64,000 nucleotides of DNA from Lophium mytilinum (GCA_010093605.1 MU004181.1:1426001-1490000); one strand, 5' to 3'. Counted from the first letter of the stretch, positions 47,611 through 63,941 are shown. Made by a program: numbers and translations. Notes: generated by a model not told the origin, from the sequence alone.

Positions 47611-49400
47611 ATGCTCCCGTAAGTCGCGACATCTCCCCAAATATTCACTCAACTCGCATGACATCCTCCTACGAGGCCTCTCAAGCTCCCTGGGTGAGCC
47701 GTGTTGATATGCATTGCTGACTTTGCCTAGATACGACCAGCACGACAAAGATGCGTCTGTTGACGAGGCTCTCAGCGCGCGTGGCGCGTCCTTGATAACC
47801 ACGGATGATGCCCGCGGCCCTCGTGGCTCAGGAGGTGGAATCCGTGGAGGTCTTCGTGGACAGAATCCTGGCGGAAACCTTGCCCGTGGTGCTTCAGCTC
47901 ACCCTCCGTTCGGTCATGACGTACGCCGTCCATTCGTTCATCAGGGGCGTTCTTCTATGGGCCCTGCAGAACGTGCCCCTCTGCCACCAAGCCGCCGTCC
48001 TGTTTTCCAGCAGGGTCCTACTCAGACCCGTCACGAGGACAATGAATCCGATACCGACGACATGTTTCAAGGGGAACCTTCTCGCTTCCCCCTCCGATCT
48101 TCCACTCGTCAGCTTATCGAACCGGAGGCTGATGCCAAGCGCGAAGGAGCCCAGTCTCTACCTGTCCGCCGCACCACTCGTGGTGGAAGCTTTGGTCCTG
48201 TTTCCAATCGCGAGAACGGAGGAGCTCAGCGCCCACCCCCGCGCTTCGATCCCCGTGATCAGCGTTATCCGATGCGCGGTCAAGGCGAGGGTCAGTCTCA
48301 AACCACTCGCTATTATCATCGTGCCCCGATTCATAAGATGGAATCGCACGAAGAAGGCCAGTCCCAAGCCGCGCTTTACCCTCCTCGTGGTCCGCGTTCT
48401 GGTATGCCCATCCATGAAGATGACACAGATGGCGATCGATCTCCACCGGCGCTTCCACCTACTCGCGGCCAACTTCTCGCACTGGGCGAGAATGAGGACA
48501 AGAATGCTCTGACCCGTCTCGGCAATCGTCGTCATCCTAGGCAGGATGACTCCGATGAGGAGTCAGAGGCGGAGGACGTTCCCCCAACTAAGCGCTCTCG
48601 AGGAACCGAGTCATCTCTTTTCTTCCATCACGAAGAGGCTCAGCAAACTCCTAAGGTACCTCAGCAGCGTGGCAAGTTGGCGGTGTCTACTCCGAACCTC
48701 AATCCGGAAAACTTGTCTTGGCAAGAGAGGCTCATGAACAGCCTCAGGATGTCTTCTGGCTTTGTCCCTTCACCCGCTGGAACTCGGAAGAACATGGTCG
48801 AGCTCGACCCTGAGAATCATTGGATCAAAGAAATGCGGGTAGTTCACAAGATGTCGTGGGGAGAAATCAAGGAAATAGTATGTCCCTCCCTCCCTCCATC
48901 CCACTTTCATTTCACTCCAATTAACAACACCAATCCTTCGATATCTTCTCCCCACTCATTCACCGAAGCTGACCCCGTTTCTCAAGATGAACGCCCAACG
49001 CGCCAAAGATGGCAAGCCCCAGACCTTCAGCGAAGCCGCCGTCTATGGACGCTTCGTGCGCAACGGCCCGCGCATCGCCGAATTCAAAGGCGAAGACTTC
49101 AACGTCCGCGACCATATGCACATCAAGCCCTCGGAGCGTGCCGCCGTCCTAGCTTCCTCGGCCCATCCCCAAACCACCGCTAAGACCCCAACCGCAAATA
49201 CAAAGTGGAATGACGAGAAGAGGCAGAAGCTCATTGACTTCTTCGAAGAAGCTAATGGCGAGGTCTGGCAGATTGTTGCGGACAAGATGGGGCACCACTT
49301 TGCGGAGACCTTTGATCCAGCAGAGTTGGAAAAGCTCTGGGGCAAGTTCGGGAAGGGTGGACTCTTGGCACTCTCCAACCTTACTCAGGATACTGCCTGA
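47611..49400 (+). CDS. Hypothetical protein, disordered N-terminus with C-terminal Myb/HTH-like repeats; exons 47611-47618, 47731-48877, 48987-49400
   Basis: Canonical GTAAGT and GTATGT introns keep the frame. LDPEN..IKEMR....MSWGEI...MN..R...AVYGRFVRNGPRIA and KWNDEKRQKL....E.....WQIVADKM. Confidence 0.7.
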
Positions 49401-49671
49401 ATGGCGATGACGACAACGGGGCCAGGCTCGAGATCTGGCTTCATGAGGGTTTCTTTGCTGTTGGAGAGCCTTTAAGGCTATATCACGACTGTCAGAGAAG
49501 AGCGCAGATGGCTCAACACGAGGGTCAACGACCATGGTGCTGTTCTCGTGGCAAAACTTTTCATTCACTTGGGTGTGGAGGTCAGATCACTAATTCTCTT
49601 TTGGGAAGGTTTGATGGATTCGTTCATCTTCTCCTCTCATCACTACGGTCTATCTCCGGTTTCATGTTTCC

Positions 49672-49715
49672 CTCTTTCATTTCCTTTCATTTCCTTTCCT
49701 TTCCTTTCCTTTCGT
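49672..49715. repeat. (TTTCC)n / TTTCA pyrimidine microsatellite
   Basis: Read directly from the sequence. Confidence 0.85.
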
Positions 49716-51631
49716 TCCCCTGACCTTTCCCTTCTTTTTTGTTTTCACAATGATTATACAGTATACCCCGGCGTCCCGGCTGGGATGACACTGATCCCAT
49801 TTGCGGCTCTACAAAATATCCCTCCCCATCCCTTTGAGGTTATGCGACAAGGACGATGTTTAGATAGAAAATGATGAACTGCACCAAAATATGGTTCTAA
49901 TGGAATGCGTGAAGTGATGTGATGATCTCCTGCTCCGGAATCGCTCTCCGAATAAAGAAGCAGAAGCACACTCATCTACCACTACTTAGAGACCGTCAAT
50001 ACCCCAAAAACGCGTAGAGGAAGCCTCCTCCCCGCAGCAAGGTTTGAATGTGCTATCACGTGCTCTTGACCCACCTAATACCTTTCTGAGCCACCTCCGA
50101 AAGCAATAGCGTCTAATAAGAGCACCTTATGTAGACGGAGAAACTAGTAGGTGGTTCATCAGAAGGAAGTAGAAGCTCTAATGTATACACACGTATCATT
50201 GTGCGCCTCACTGGAGGATGTGGGCGTGGGAGGCGCTTTTGCGTCTTTTTCGCCACAAAGCGTAGGTGATCTCGTTGGAGCTTTTAACATGATTGCACGA
50301 TGAACGAAGAATTCGAGGAGAAGGTATGTGAGTTTGTAATGTTTAGAGGATCTTCCAAGGCTTATCTTGCCTTTGTTGATCTTTGCGGCGGAGCTTATAC
50401 CACAAAACGGCGGCAGAAGGGAGCAGCAGACGTTCCAGAGTGCGATATAATAGATACGCGATGAACATGATTATGAAATTGGAAATCATTTACTTCTCTG
50501 AACCTAGATAAGTATCCTTTTTATGCTTGTGGGAAACTTTGAGTATAGGCTATGTACAGTAAAATACCTTCGGGACGTGCTTCGACGACATGGCTTGTTG
50601 CTAATGAAATGTTCGCAATTGTATTTTTATTCCGGGAACGCCTGTAAGACATGCAAGATTACGGTTTCTCCTATGCTTTCTTGAGTTTAGGTACCGTAAG
50701 TAGTTTGTGGGTCTTTATGTGCCAAATTTTTCATTGAGCGCCGAAAGAGGCCCCTCGCATTAGACGCCTGCTACCCCCAAACACATCCAGAGGTTTCACA
50801 ATCCCTCCAGTGGGGTTGTGGGAACTTGTAGTAGTAGCGTGGCAATACAGAACATCTGCAGGTCGCAATATCGAGCGAGTTAGCCGGCATTGTTGACACT
50901 TGACCAACTGATACCATCTTCGCGCCCTAATGACTCTAAGCTACTCACATATCAGAGCCGTACGCTGTCCAATCAGCTGATTGATTCAGGCAGCAGCAGT
51001 GATTGCTCCGTATCATCTGCAGAGAGGGGTATATATGAAGCTGTGTGGACTTGTTGACACCTGTTGAACTACAACCAACTTCTCACCTCCGACGACCTCC
51101 GCCAGCCTCGGACACTTCGGCACCACCTAGCCTCAGTGAATTCTACGGCCTTCATACTTCCCAAGCTCAAGCCTCTTTGACCAGTGAGACCGCCTAAGGT
51201 AACTGAAAACTGAGTACTGGACTCTTGACTAATTTGGGGTGTCTTTGCCCAAGTGACGGATCTTCCCCCGAACCTCCTCACTTTCAAGCATTCAACGGCA
51301 AATCGCGCCAAAAGTCTCCCCAGGCAGCCGAGACAAAGCACTTTCGCTCCTCTTGCTCCCAAAAGGCGCGCTAGTCAACAAATCGGGCGCGTGGAGGTGA
51401 TATCATCGGCGGCCACGCTCCCCCTGTTGCTAGGCGACGGTCCAAGACTTCGCACATAAAAGAACCTTCTGCCACCCTCCTGCAGACTTTGTTCCAACAA
51501 CCAACATCACCTCCACCAGCCTTGCCACCACCAGCCGTGCCTCAACCACACTCACTCACTCGCTCGTGCACACACTAATACACCTCTTCAAGTAGAGCTA
51601 GTCTGCCCAGTTCGTGCTCGACATATCCGCC

Positions 51632-53448
51632 ATGGCTGCCACTAGCACTGCCGTAGTGTACTCGCGTGAGTTCCACGGCGAGTCTGAGGCTCTTGCACTC
51701 CCGTTTGCGAGCGTTGCCAGCTTCCAGGTATGCTTTCACCTCCTCTTCTTCCTTTTTCCTGCCTCTCCTTAGCAGCGGGAACTTGTATACCACTGTCTGG
51801 GGTGCCTCGATGCCGGTCTCACCTCTCCAACCTTTGCTAATCTCCTCTTCAGGACCTCATCGCCATCCTGTTCAAGATCCACAAGCAGGACGAGACCACC
51901 CACGATGTCCACATCCACCTCGACGACGTCGCTTGCAACGGCATTGTTTCCGACGTGACCTGGAATGCCGGCGTGTATGTCACCCCGACCCAAGAGCGCC
52001 TCAACATCTTCCCCCACTTCGTCGAGAAGGGTGTTCCGTACTCCACCTATGCTCGGCCTGAGTCTCAAACCCCTTCCTCCGTGGCGGCTCAGATGTTCCT
52101 GACTCCGGTGCGCAATGGTATCAACAAGGGCTCTCTCACCGCGCCCAAGCGTTCTCAATTCACCCCCATCAATTCGACCCGCTTGACAGCCAGCGCGCCC
52201 CGCAACCAGACTACCCGTAGCCAGGAGACCCCCATGGCTCGCGTAAGACCCAGCGGCGATGACGAAGATTCCGCCGTCGTCTCTGTGGAGATGGAGAATG
52301 GCAACGATGAAGGAAGCAGCCTGTTCGTCGAGCAAGGCCCCACCGAGGACGCTGAAGCAGAGGAGCCCAGCGGCATCGCCAACGGCATCAAGCACATCCC
52401 TGGCCCGCCCATCAAGGCCGAAGAGCAGGACCTCGACCCGTCCCTCATGGTCAACGTGACCTACACCTACTACCAAGGCACGGCTGGCGTCTTCCGCAAC
52501 TTCCGCGTCCACTCCGTCGCGCTGCCGCTGGCCACCGACGTCGACGACATCCGAAACGAGATCACGGCTGCTATCACGCATAGCATCAACTCGTCGTCGC
52601 GCCTTCGCATCTTCCGCTCCCAGGTCGAGTTTGACATCTTCATCTCGGCGAACCAGCCCGGTGCCCAGAACCACGGCCTCCACGATGCGACCACGCTCGG
52701 CGCGCACCTGATCGCCCTCGGTGCTGCGGGTGGCCTGCTCGTCAACACCTACATCTACCTCTCCCATCAGGGCGTTCGCTACAACAACATCACCGATGCA
52801 ATCCCGGATGCTGAGCACGCTGCTGCCTTCACCAAAGCAGCTACCCGTGCCGTCAAGGCTATCCGCGGTAAGAAGACCTTCCTTACCCCCAAGAAGGAGC
52901 CCGCTGCGGCAGAGCCGGATGCCGACGAGGATGCTGAAATGGCTGAGGCTGCTGAGGGCGAGGACGCGAGCGGCAACGAATCCGACGCATCCACCTTCGC
53001 CCCAGGCGGCTCTAGCAAGAAGACTCGCCGCCGCGCCTCCACCCGCATCAAGTCCAAGGCGAAGCCCAAGGCCCTAGTCCCGCGCTCGCCCTCCGCCTCC
53101 CCGGTTCCCTCTCCTCGCCCAGCCAAGAAGCAGCGCCGCCGTGCTCCCTCCCCGCCCTCCGAGTCCGAAGACATCATCCGCGAGAACGGCATTGTCGTCG
53201 GCCAGGCGCTGCGCACCTACCACGCCGACGGCCGGCGCAACGCCATCATCGCCTGCTTCAGCCCGGCCGGCCGCATCCTCTTCCAGGCCATCGACGAGGA
53301 CCTCGACGGCAACAGCATCAGCGTCCGCGGCAACCAGCGCATCATGCCCGACGAGGTCGAGTACCTCCGCGAGTACCGTAAGCTGGGCCGCGACCAGCGC
53401 CGCAACGAGATCAAGCGCAAGATCGAGGACGCCTTTGGCCCGGCCTAG
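51632..53448 (+). CDS. Hypothetical protein with acidic and basic tracts; exons 51632-51727, 51853-53448
   Basis: GCC ATG G start, phase-0 GTATGC...GCTAAT...CAG intron joining in frame, strong C-ending codon bias, NLS-like PAKKQRRR. Confidence 0.8.
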
Positions 53449-54578
53449 ACGTATGTGCATCTTGTTTCCACACCAATACCAGATCCCCAAAGACCGCGGG
53501 AGTGAGAGAAGAAGACGACGACAACGACCAGCCGTGTGAAAGTGGTACGCGGGTACTATTCTTCGGTACTTTTTCTCTTGCCAACTCCTTCTTGTCTTTA
53601 CTTCTTCTTCTTGGGGATGCTTTGTTGCTTCGATTTGATGGGGGATTTCGATTCCAGTACTAATTCCTTTTCCCTTTTCCAAACCTCCTTCCATTACCTG
53701 TTTTGTCACTTCTTACAACGGCGGCTGTGCTTGCTTTGATGAGGATGGTATCATCTTACGGTCTGTTCCTTTGCCTCACAACTTCCTTAATGTTGCATAT
53801 GCCCCACAAATACACCAGATTGTGAGCACCGGGTTTGCGACGATTGGTTGTTTGGTTGCTCTTGGATCGATTACACTTCCCCACCTCTTTCTTGTGCTTG
53901 TTGGTTGCTCTCAAAATGGTCTGTTTGGATCGAGGGGAGGAACGGGTAGCTATGATTGCGTGTACGATGGGTAACGGGTTGAGTTTTCCCTTTCTACATG
54001 GGAGATTTCGCCCCCTCATCAGTAGTGCATGCAAGCGGGGACGGGATGGGATAGGATGGAGACGGGGGAGTTGCTCTAGGCATGACTAGGTAGAAAAGCT
54101 TCTCACCCAAAATGATTTGCCTGCACGATGCGTGACGAAGCAATGACATCAACCCTACACATGAGCATACACCTTCCCTGCCACCAAAAGGAACGACACC
54201 AAGGTACGAAAGTTGTATAAGAAGGAATCCCCTCGGGGAATATTCGATTAGCCAAAAAGCACGCCATTGCCGCCCTGTCTTCCAACGAGAGCGCAAGCGC
54301 GACAACCTCCTGTCACGGTGTGCCTGCTATATAGCGGAGCATCTACGGGTGTTCCTCCACGGTACCTACATGTATTGAAACGCCACAGACCCAAATCCCC
54401 GCCCTTTACCCAACGCTATGCAATGTTATCAGATATCCTAGGGGGCCCCCTCCCTATTACAGGAACATTATGAACGGTATTAGGACGTCGTTGGTCGGAC
54501 AATGAAGAAATCGTGTGGATCGTTCGTAGGCTTCGTTACGTTCAAGGAGAATTAGGCCTCTCGTGGAGAGAGGGGTAT

Positions 54579-57180
54579 TCAGGCCGTTGGGCTCGCAGTC
54601 GTGGTGCTGTCACGCGACACTGCTTGTGCAGTAGTGGGTGCAGATTTCTCGTCCTCTGGCGCTGGCGCAAGTGCTGCCGCAATTCTGACGTCCTCTGCCG
54701 CATGGAGAGGCGGAGAAGCCGTAGGCGTTGTGGGACTGGTCGGTTTTCCCCACGCGGATTTGCGCTTCTCGGATGCCCAAGAACCCCATGACGAAATGTA
54801 TGCGCCAGCACGTGAGGAGGCAGCTTGAACGGACGCTTGTGCTTGTGAAAGATCCGGGGTTTTAGGGACTGGGGTAACGGCGTATTAAATCAAGGGAATA
54901 ACATGGGTTCGGCGTTAGACTTACATTTCGTACCTGCTGGCAGTGTCCCATTTTCGGCAGCTGCAGCTTTCTGTTCTTCGCTCCTCTTCCGCTGCGCTTC
55001 TCGCATGGTTTCTATGTCTGCCCAGAGGTTGTTGAATGCTGACGAGACTTTCTTCTGGCCGACCGCGAGGCCTTTGCCTAGGACTTCGCGACTGGCCTGG
55101 ATTCGCTCATCGAGGTGCATTTCTGATACTTGTCTATATGTTCAAATTAGCAGGGCAAGATATGATAGGTAACAGGCAGCACGAACTGTGCTAAGCGTCG
55201 CTGTACGTCTTCGATCGACAGACCGCCAGAGAAAGGGTGCTTTGCGTCAGATATGTCGAACAAGTGGGAGTCTATCATCTATTAGAAAAGGTCCAGAGTC
55301 GCAAAAGCTTAACAAATGCCGCCCACTCACCTGTAATCTTGTTGAAGATGCGATAATTCTCGGTTCGCATCCAGGCCTCAATCCAATCAGAGTTGAATTC
55401 GCTGGATGGATCTCCGTCTGTAGTCACTCTCGGTCAGCCGTTGTGCACACTTCGAATAGCCAGAATACATACCATAGTCAGTCAAAATGGCATTGTCGTC
55501 CCCTTTATGCTCCTGCATGTAGACCCTGTATTTCGCAGAGGCGAGCAGTGCTAGCAGGTACTCTTCGAATTGCAGTCGAATGAATTCTTCACTTCCAGAG
55601 TAACCATGTGTGTTTGGACGACTGGGATTTTCTTCGACAACGTTAGCTTAGAGCTACACAACGTCGGATACCACTTACTCTCATCCCAAGTATCGTTTAC
55701 CGTGGCAGTGAGAAAGTCTATGAAACGACGATCTGGCGTTGAAAGTGCTAGTGAATTTCGAAGCGATGACGAAGAGATGTTAATGGTGTGCTCGTCGAGC
55801 TAAATGATACCAATTAGACATATCTTCACCTTGGCATACGGAGGTGAATCTTACGTTGATGAGAATGTCACTGTATCGATCCTTTTGTTGGAGCAAGAGA
55901 GAATTGGTAGATCCAACAATATAGGATTTTGTTCCGTGATCGGCCAACATGTCGAGCTGCTGCAAAGGGGTATATGGGCCAAACAAGCTTCCCGTGCCAA
56001 ATATTTGCAACGGTAGACCCATGTACGCAAGGACTGGACAAATTAGTACTGGCTGAGTGACACCGGGCAGGAAGACTAACGTGACGACCGTTCACTCGTT
56101 CTAAGGGATGTTGGCATGACGAGATGCTCTTCGTACGCATTGAACTTGGGATCCGCGCAGTCTTGAAGATTACGTATGAGGCCAGGAATCAGAGAGATTA
56201 GGGAAAACTGCATCATGCACAATCGCTCGCAATGCGACCCAAAGAACAACATCTACCGCATTTAGTAAGCTTCGTTAGGCGGAGGAGGGCGTATCCTACC
56301 TTCGGTTGCAGCAAGCAACACTTGAAGAGCACCAACGTCTGGTGCTTGAACTCGTGAATCATCTCTCGGAGGGAGAGCCCTATACCCACAAAGTCAGCAT
56401 TGGACCTGGGAACAGTTCCGTCGCAACGAGGCCTTACCGAAATATTGATCCCTCTCATCATCGTGCTCCTTTGCGCTCTTGGCCAAGCTCTCCTGGAACT
56501 TCTGCAAGATGTCGGTGTCTGTAAAGTCTCTGCCCCTCATCAGCGCTGTCCAACAGCTATCCCAACTCGAGTCCACCAACCTCTGCGAGAACCATGCTGT
56601 CGTGATGATGCTCAATTTCTCCCGAACTTGTCCAAAATGGTGCGGGCTATCGCTGATAACTACAACGGCCTTCTGTACTGTACTCCTGGTCACCTCGGCG
56701 GGCCGGTTTATGAGCTCGTTCGAATCTAGTTGACGCGTGCAACTGATGCCGAACAGACTGGTCGCGGGAACGTCATCCTTGGCCTCGTGTCGCAGCGTAA
56801 AGTAGGAAAAGTCCTCGGTAGATCTGCACGAAGGGTAAAGGTGAGCGCGGTGTTGTGCATCTCGTGAGTGGAATGGCGGGGCGGTGAGGGGCTCGAGGCA
56901 TGATGCATGTGTGAAGGGACAAGGACAGAGAGAGATGGGACAACGCACGCGTGCGCGCCGTCGCTCAGCGCCATAAACGGGAGCAGTGGCCACTCATTCT
57001 CGGTCGCAGGATCGATCCCGTCCTCGACGCCAAACCAGCTTTCGACTTCGGGGCCCCTAGAACCAGCAAGCGGTCAGTCAAAGCGCGAACCAGGAAGCGG
57101 ATACGCGTGCGGCGGGCTTACCTCGCGTGATGGAATCCGACAACGCATACGAGGGGGCTAAAGGGGGCCATGGCGGGCAT
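54579..57180 (-). CDS. AVL9: Late secretory pathway protein Avl9 (DENN-like), multi-exon
   Basis: VCVVGFHHAR|GPEVE, LPFMALSDGAH, SLFGISCTRQ, VTRSTVQKAVVV, GLPLQIF..GS.FGPYTPLQQLD and GAYISSWGSWA. Confidence 0.92.
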
Positions 57181-57857
57181 GGTGCGCGTGTTGTTGCGTT
57201 GGGGAGCGCAGATGACGCCGTGGCATGGTCGAGGTTCGAGGTCGCGGTCCAGTATATATTTCAGCCCTACGGAAGTATATCTAGCGCCAATCGCTATCCA
57301 TGGTTCCATGGCGCTGATCACCGCTCTACATTGTCTTCACATTCACTCAGCCAAGCAGCGCAGAAAGGAAACCGTGGTATGCTGGTTGCATATTTGTCAT
57401 CTTTACTTGGGGACAGCATTTTCTTCATAGCTGCAGGTATATCCATAGGATACCAAGCATCATATCGAGATTTTTCCTTTCTTTTGACTAGTCTATCGTA
57501 TACCGTCTGTACGGAGTATCACCCATGAAGGAGAAGCAGCCATCGATGCAGTTAGTTGCAGGTTCAAGAGGTTACCACCGTGGTCCTGTTGTTGCTTAGC
57601 TCCAGCCAAAGCCCTTAGCCATGTCACGCCTCGGCCCACGTCTGGTCGGAATCCAATCCCATGAGAAATCTTGCCCACCCACACACCCCATCCGAGAAAA
57701 CTAAGAAAAAAATACGGAGAAACTATCTCCCACCAACGCCTACGGAGGCTAGTCGCAGCAAATTGAGGCTAAAGACCCGGATGGGTTCTGGAAGAGAAGA
57801 GAGCCGACTGCATCACCTGCCGTCCCCAAAAGCGTCGACTCTGGGAGAGGGACAGCA

Positions 57858-59367
<1,510 letters not shown>

Positions 59368-62300
59368 GTTGAGGTGGTGCTAGAGGTGAGATGCGGCAGG
59401 CGCAGGTGGGAGCGAAGATGTGGATAAGGTCGATGTGGAGAGTCGACGTGGTGTTGTGGGTTTGGGAGATGTCGCCGCGGCGCGAGCAGGTTTCGACGAG
59501 CGCGCTCTAACTGGGCTCCGGCTAGCGAGTTGGACGGGCAGACTCCGTGCACAGGGGAGGATGGCAGAGCTAAGAAAAGGCACGGGAGGGTGGAGGGGGG
59601 CAAGCTGGGGCGCGATTGTGCGTGTGAATTGCAGCTTCAGGGCCGCGGTGCCACACAAGCCGTGAAACCCGTGGACGGCGCAACAGTGGTGTGGCGGTGG
59701 GCGAGGCTGGGGTCCGTTTGGAGGGGAATGGCGGCGGATCAGGGTCAGGGAGGCGGTATGCAGTGTGGTGGCTCTGTGGGAGGCGACGATCGTTACTGTG
59801 AGGGGCAGCGGGAGGGAGAAAATAAAGGTTGAGAGGGGAGTGTACTCCGGACCGTGGATCGCGCAACGAGGGGCAGCCTTTAGGAGGGGGGTGCGTCTAG
59901 GGATTGCACGGGATGCCAGCCGAAAACTTGCAAACTGCATCGCCAGTGTCGACGTCATCGCTGCCCAGAGATTGTGCCCTTAAGCCTTAATCGGCGCTCC
60001 GGAATAGAATTTGATCTCTGCATGGCCGCCCGTGCACTGCTCCAGTCCAGTCCACCCAGAGTCCCCCAAGTGCCAGCCACCCCGGGTACCCCAGAAACAA
60101 GGCCTTGAGCAACAACAACACTGCCCTTGTGTCTGCCCACGCGTTGCGCCTCGCCCTTTCTTTCACTCTTCCGACCTCTCCTTTCAAACGGCGTGTCCCT
60201 TTGAGGCCGAAGCCCTCCGCGCTCTAGCCCGCCGACGTCCCCGAACCGCCCAACCCCACGGCGACACAGCGCAGCGCGAGCGACGAAAGAAGCATGGCGG
60301 AAGAAGCATGGTGCAATTGGCGGTGGAGGGGTCACACGTCTCGCTGCTGGGGGCCCTCACAACGTCTGCCGGCCTTCGCTGCCTCTGCTGGGGGATCAGA
60401 GGGGCCGCTTAGTCGTAGGCCGCCGAAAGAGCTGGGGCCCAAACTGACACCTTAAAATAGTGCTCCTCATCCGGACGTGTCCTGCTCGAATAGACACTGC
60501 AGCGTGGCTATGAACTGGCATTCCCACAGAACATGCAGCGTTGCTGACCAGGTACTCGGAGCAATTGGCCTTGGGTCACTCACTGGAGCCATGGAGGTGT
60601 CTGATAGCTGCATCTTTAGCTTGCAGTCGACACAACAGCCGTTTCTAGTGTCCATGCAACGACCCACGCGAGTAAAATCATCCTCTCACACTGCGAGTCG
60701 TGCCCGGGAATGCTAGCCCTGGTATGCTGGCGTAGGTGCGCAGCTGTGAGAGATCAACCGCGGAAGACTATGTATATAGCTCCATGTCCGAGCATGCGGT
60801 CGGCCAAGCTAGAGTAACACACTTGGGAATGAGTTTCGCTGGTTCCCGGCGGCGTGTCGATGGTCATTATCAATCATCAGTTGTCAATATCAATCAGCAG
60901 CATCAATGGCATCTTCAGCAACCTCTCGGAGTTCTAATGCTGTGCTGAGCCCCAAACAGTGCCGAGATGGGCCAATCCTGGGCACCTGAAACCGCTAATT
61001 CTTGCTCTTGGGGATTCTGCACCTTTGTCCGGCGTTCTAATAGCAGTCTGAAGCACCGTGGCTAGTCACGGGGGCCGGAATCTTTTCTCACAGTGTCTTG
61101 CTTCTGCCAGGCTCCGTTAAACATGTAGCAGTCTGAGGTGTCCCGAAGAGCCGTCAGCCTTGTCAAACGTCGTTTTGTATGTTTTGATGGCGTGCCGGAG
61201 GGCCTCAAGCGGTGTTCGATCACGCTCTGCTCAAAGCTTCAGGCCTTCTGCGGGAGAAGGCACACAGAACACGTCTGTTAGTCTAGACTTCGGCACGGAG
61301 CTCAGACAGGCGTTGGCGAGTTCTGAGTTTCAAGGCTGAAGGCGTGGAGGCCCTCGCTGTCGCACCACGCTGGCGATGCCAAAGGAAGACACCTACCGCA
61401 AATGCTCTGCCCCTGACCCGTCTCAGCGCACGTTCGGTATATAGCAATATGAAAGCATTGCGCCACAGCGCCGTGTCGGCCTGGAGTCCGGCTGCGAGTG
61501 ATGGCCTGCCTAGAATACGGCTGCGAATGATGACCTGCCTGATTGACGGGCCGCGGCAGCAGGGCGGTTCTCAGGGCAGCAAGAGGAGTGTGACCATGCT
61601 GTATCGCGAAGCTGCCAAACCCGGGATGGAGGTGGTCATGATGGCCCGTCGACGCTGTTCAACGTGTGGCGGACCACATGGCCGACGGCGGCAGCGTGGG
61701 AATGGAGGCGAATGGAGGCGGCCGTCTGCAGCGCTGGATGAGACTCAATTGGAATCTTGGCTGGCCCTGGCTGTGTGTTTCTGTATGCACAGAGGTGTGA
61801 GAGGCTGGCGACGCGGCCTCAGCAGGCGGCCCAGCGCTTAGTGGACGATTATTTCGGGAGGCCCGCCGTCATCGAGAGATGGAGAGCGTCGTCCCTGCCT
61901 GTCGCAGCTCGCAGCACTCGGTATTCGACTCCCACTCTACCACCAACCCCAGTGGACTGCAACTCCAAGAATCTTACGGCACATATCGGGCTCCCCACTC
62001 CTCCAGCAGCTCTGTCCAGCGCTGCCCATCTGCCCAGCACCGCGATTGCAGTCAATGTGCACCGAAGGCGCATTCAGCCGGTGGACTGCTGCACTCCCGG
62101 CTCCAGCTCCTCTGCGCCCTCAGCCTCGCTGTCCCACTGCCGACTCTCGTCAAACACGCGCAGCTCAAGATCCGTCCATCCCGTAGCCTCCAGCCCAGCT
62201 CCTGCCCAGCTCCTCACCACCACCAAACCCTCCTCCTGCCGCCCATCGCCCGCGCCGCTGGCCTCCATCGCCCGCATCGCCTCCGCGTGCCTCCAACGCC

Positions 62301-62768
62301 CCGATCCGCTTCCGGGGTGCTTTTGCTTGGAGCACCAAAGCACAGATCACCGCCCGGTGGCTACTGCACCTCGCCGCCAGGCCGCTCGACCTCCAAACAG
62401 CCCACGGCGGACATCGCGACCACTCGTCTGGACCCTGAAAGACGACTTGATCTCGCCGGCGGACCGCCTCCATTCCTTGGGCCCAGCGCTGGCGACCTGT
62501 GCCAGCCTTCTGCCGCTCCGACCAGCGTCCGCGACCGCGCCGACGACCTCTCGTGAACCGCTCCATCTCTCTGCCGGCGGGCCTCCCGCTTCCGTCGCGG
62601 GCGTGACCCACGGCCTGCATTCTTCTGCGGCTTCAGCACTGAGACCGTGTCTCTGCCGTGCCCACCGCGCCCTCCCTTGCGACGCGACCAGCCGCCGTCT
62701 GCCAGCTTTGTTCTCGACACCAACCTCACCTCCTCCGCGGCTGAGTGCCGCTGCACCGCATCGCCACC

Positions 62769-63941
62769 ATGGGTCTCTGCATGAGCACAAACAACGAGGA
62801 TGTGGAGCAGAAGAAGCGCAGTCAGGCCATTGACCGCAAGCTCGAGGAGGATTCCCGACGACTGCGACGCGAGTGCAAGATCTTGCTGCTAGGTACCACC
62901 GCCCGCTCTGGCGCATTGATTGCACATTGCACATTCTAACTAGCCGTCTTGTAGGATCCGGAGAGAGTGGCAAGTCGACCATCGTCAAGCAGATGAAGAT
63001 TATCCACCAGAATGGCTACACAATGGACGAGCTGGCCCAGTACCGCCTTACCATATACAAGAATGTCATAGACTGCGCCAAGTCTCTGATCGGCGCCATG
63101 CGACAGTTCGACGTTCAGCCTGAAGACCCTGGGACTGAAGACTACTGCAACTACTTGATGGACTATGTGGTGGACCCGGACCCCGAAAAGCCTCTAGAAT
63201 ACAAGGTTGGGCAGGCCATCACCTGCCTATGGCGCGACCCTTGTGCGCAAAAGGTCCTCGAGCACTCCAGCGAATTCTACCTGATGGATTCTGCACCATA
63301 GTACGTCCGCTGCACCTTCTGCAGCCTCGCCTGCTAACACATGCAGCTTCTTCGACGAAGTAAACCGGATAGCGTCGCCGGACTATATTCCACAAGAATC
63401 AGACGTGCTGAGGGCGCGAACGAAAACGACTGGTATATACGAGACACGATTCACGATGGGGCAATTAAGCATACAGTGCGTTGGCCATAGTATATTCAAG
63501 AAAACTGGCTAACAAAAGGACAGTATGTTCGATGTTGGAGGCCAGCGGAGCGAGAGAAAGAAATGGATACATTGCTTCGAGAACGTCACGTCAATCATCT
63601 TTTGCGTAGCGCTCAGCGAGTACGACCAAGTGCTGCTAGAAGAGAGCAGCCAGGTAAGACTTCCGCCATGCTTGTATTTGCAGTGCTGATCATCATCACC
63701 AGAATCGGATGATGGAAAGTCTCGTCCTATTTGACTCGGTTGTGAATTCGAGATGGTTCATGCGGACAAGTATAATATTGTTCCTCAATAAGGTCGATCT
63801 TTTCAAGGCGAAGCTAGCACGGTCGCCCCTGGGCAACTACTTCCCAGACTATTCAGGCGGTAACGACGTGAACCGGGCAGCGAAATACCTTCTGTGGAGG
63901 TTCAACCAGGTCAATCGCGCGCATCTAAACCTATACCCTCA
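62769..63941 (+). CDS. Heterotrimeric G-protein alpha subunit, fungal group III (GanB/GpaB/GNA-3/MagA type); last exon beyond window
   Basis: MGLCMS...[67 protein letters not shown] and FLNKVD. Confidence 0.95.

Noticed and set aside
51769..52818. 349-aa antisense ORF
   Set aside because: Mirror of the codon-biased + strand gene.
61757..62833. 358-aa ORF upstream of G-alpha
   Set aside because: Low-complexity translation of the C-rich promoter/5' UTR, TTG start, out of frame with the G-alpha CDS.
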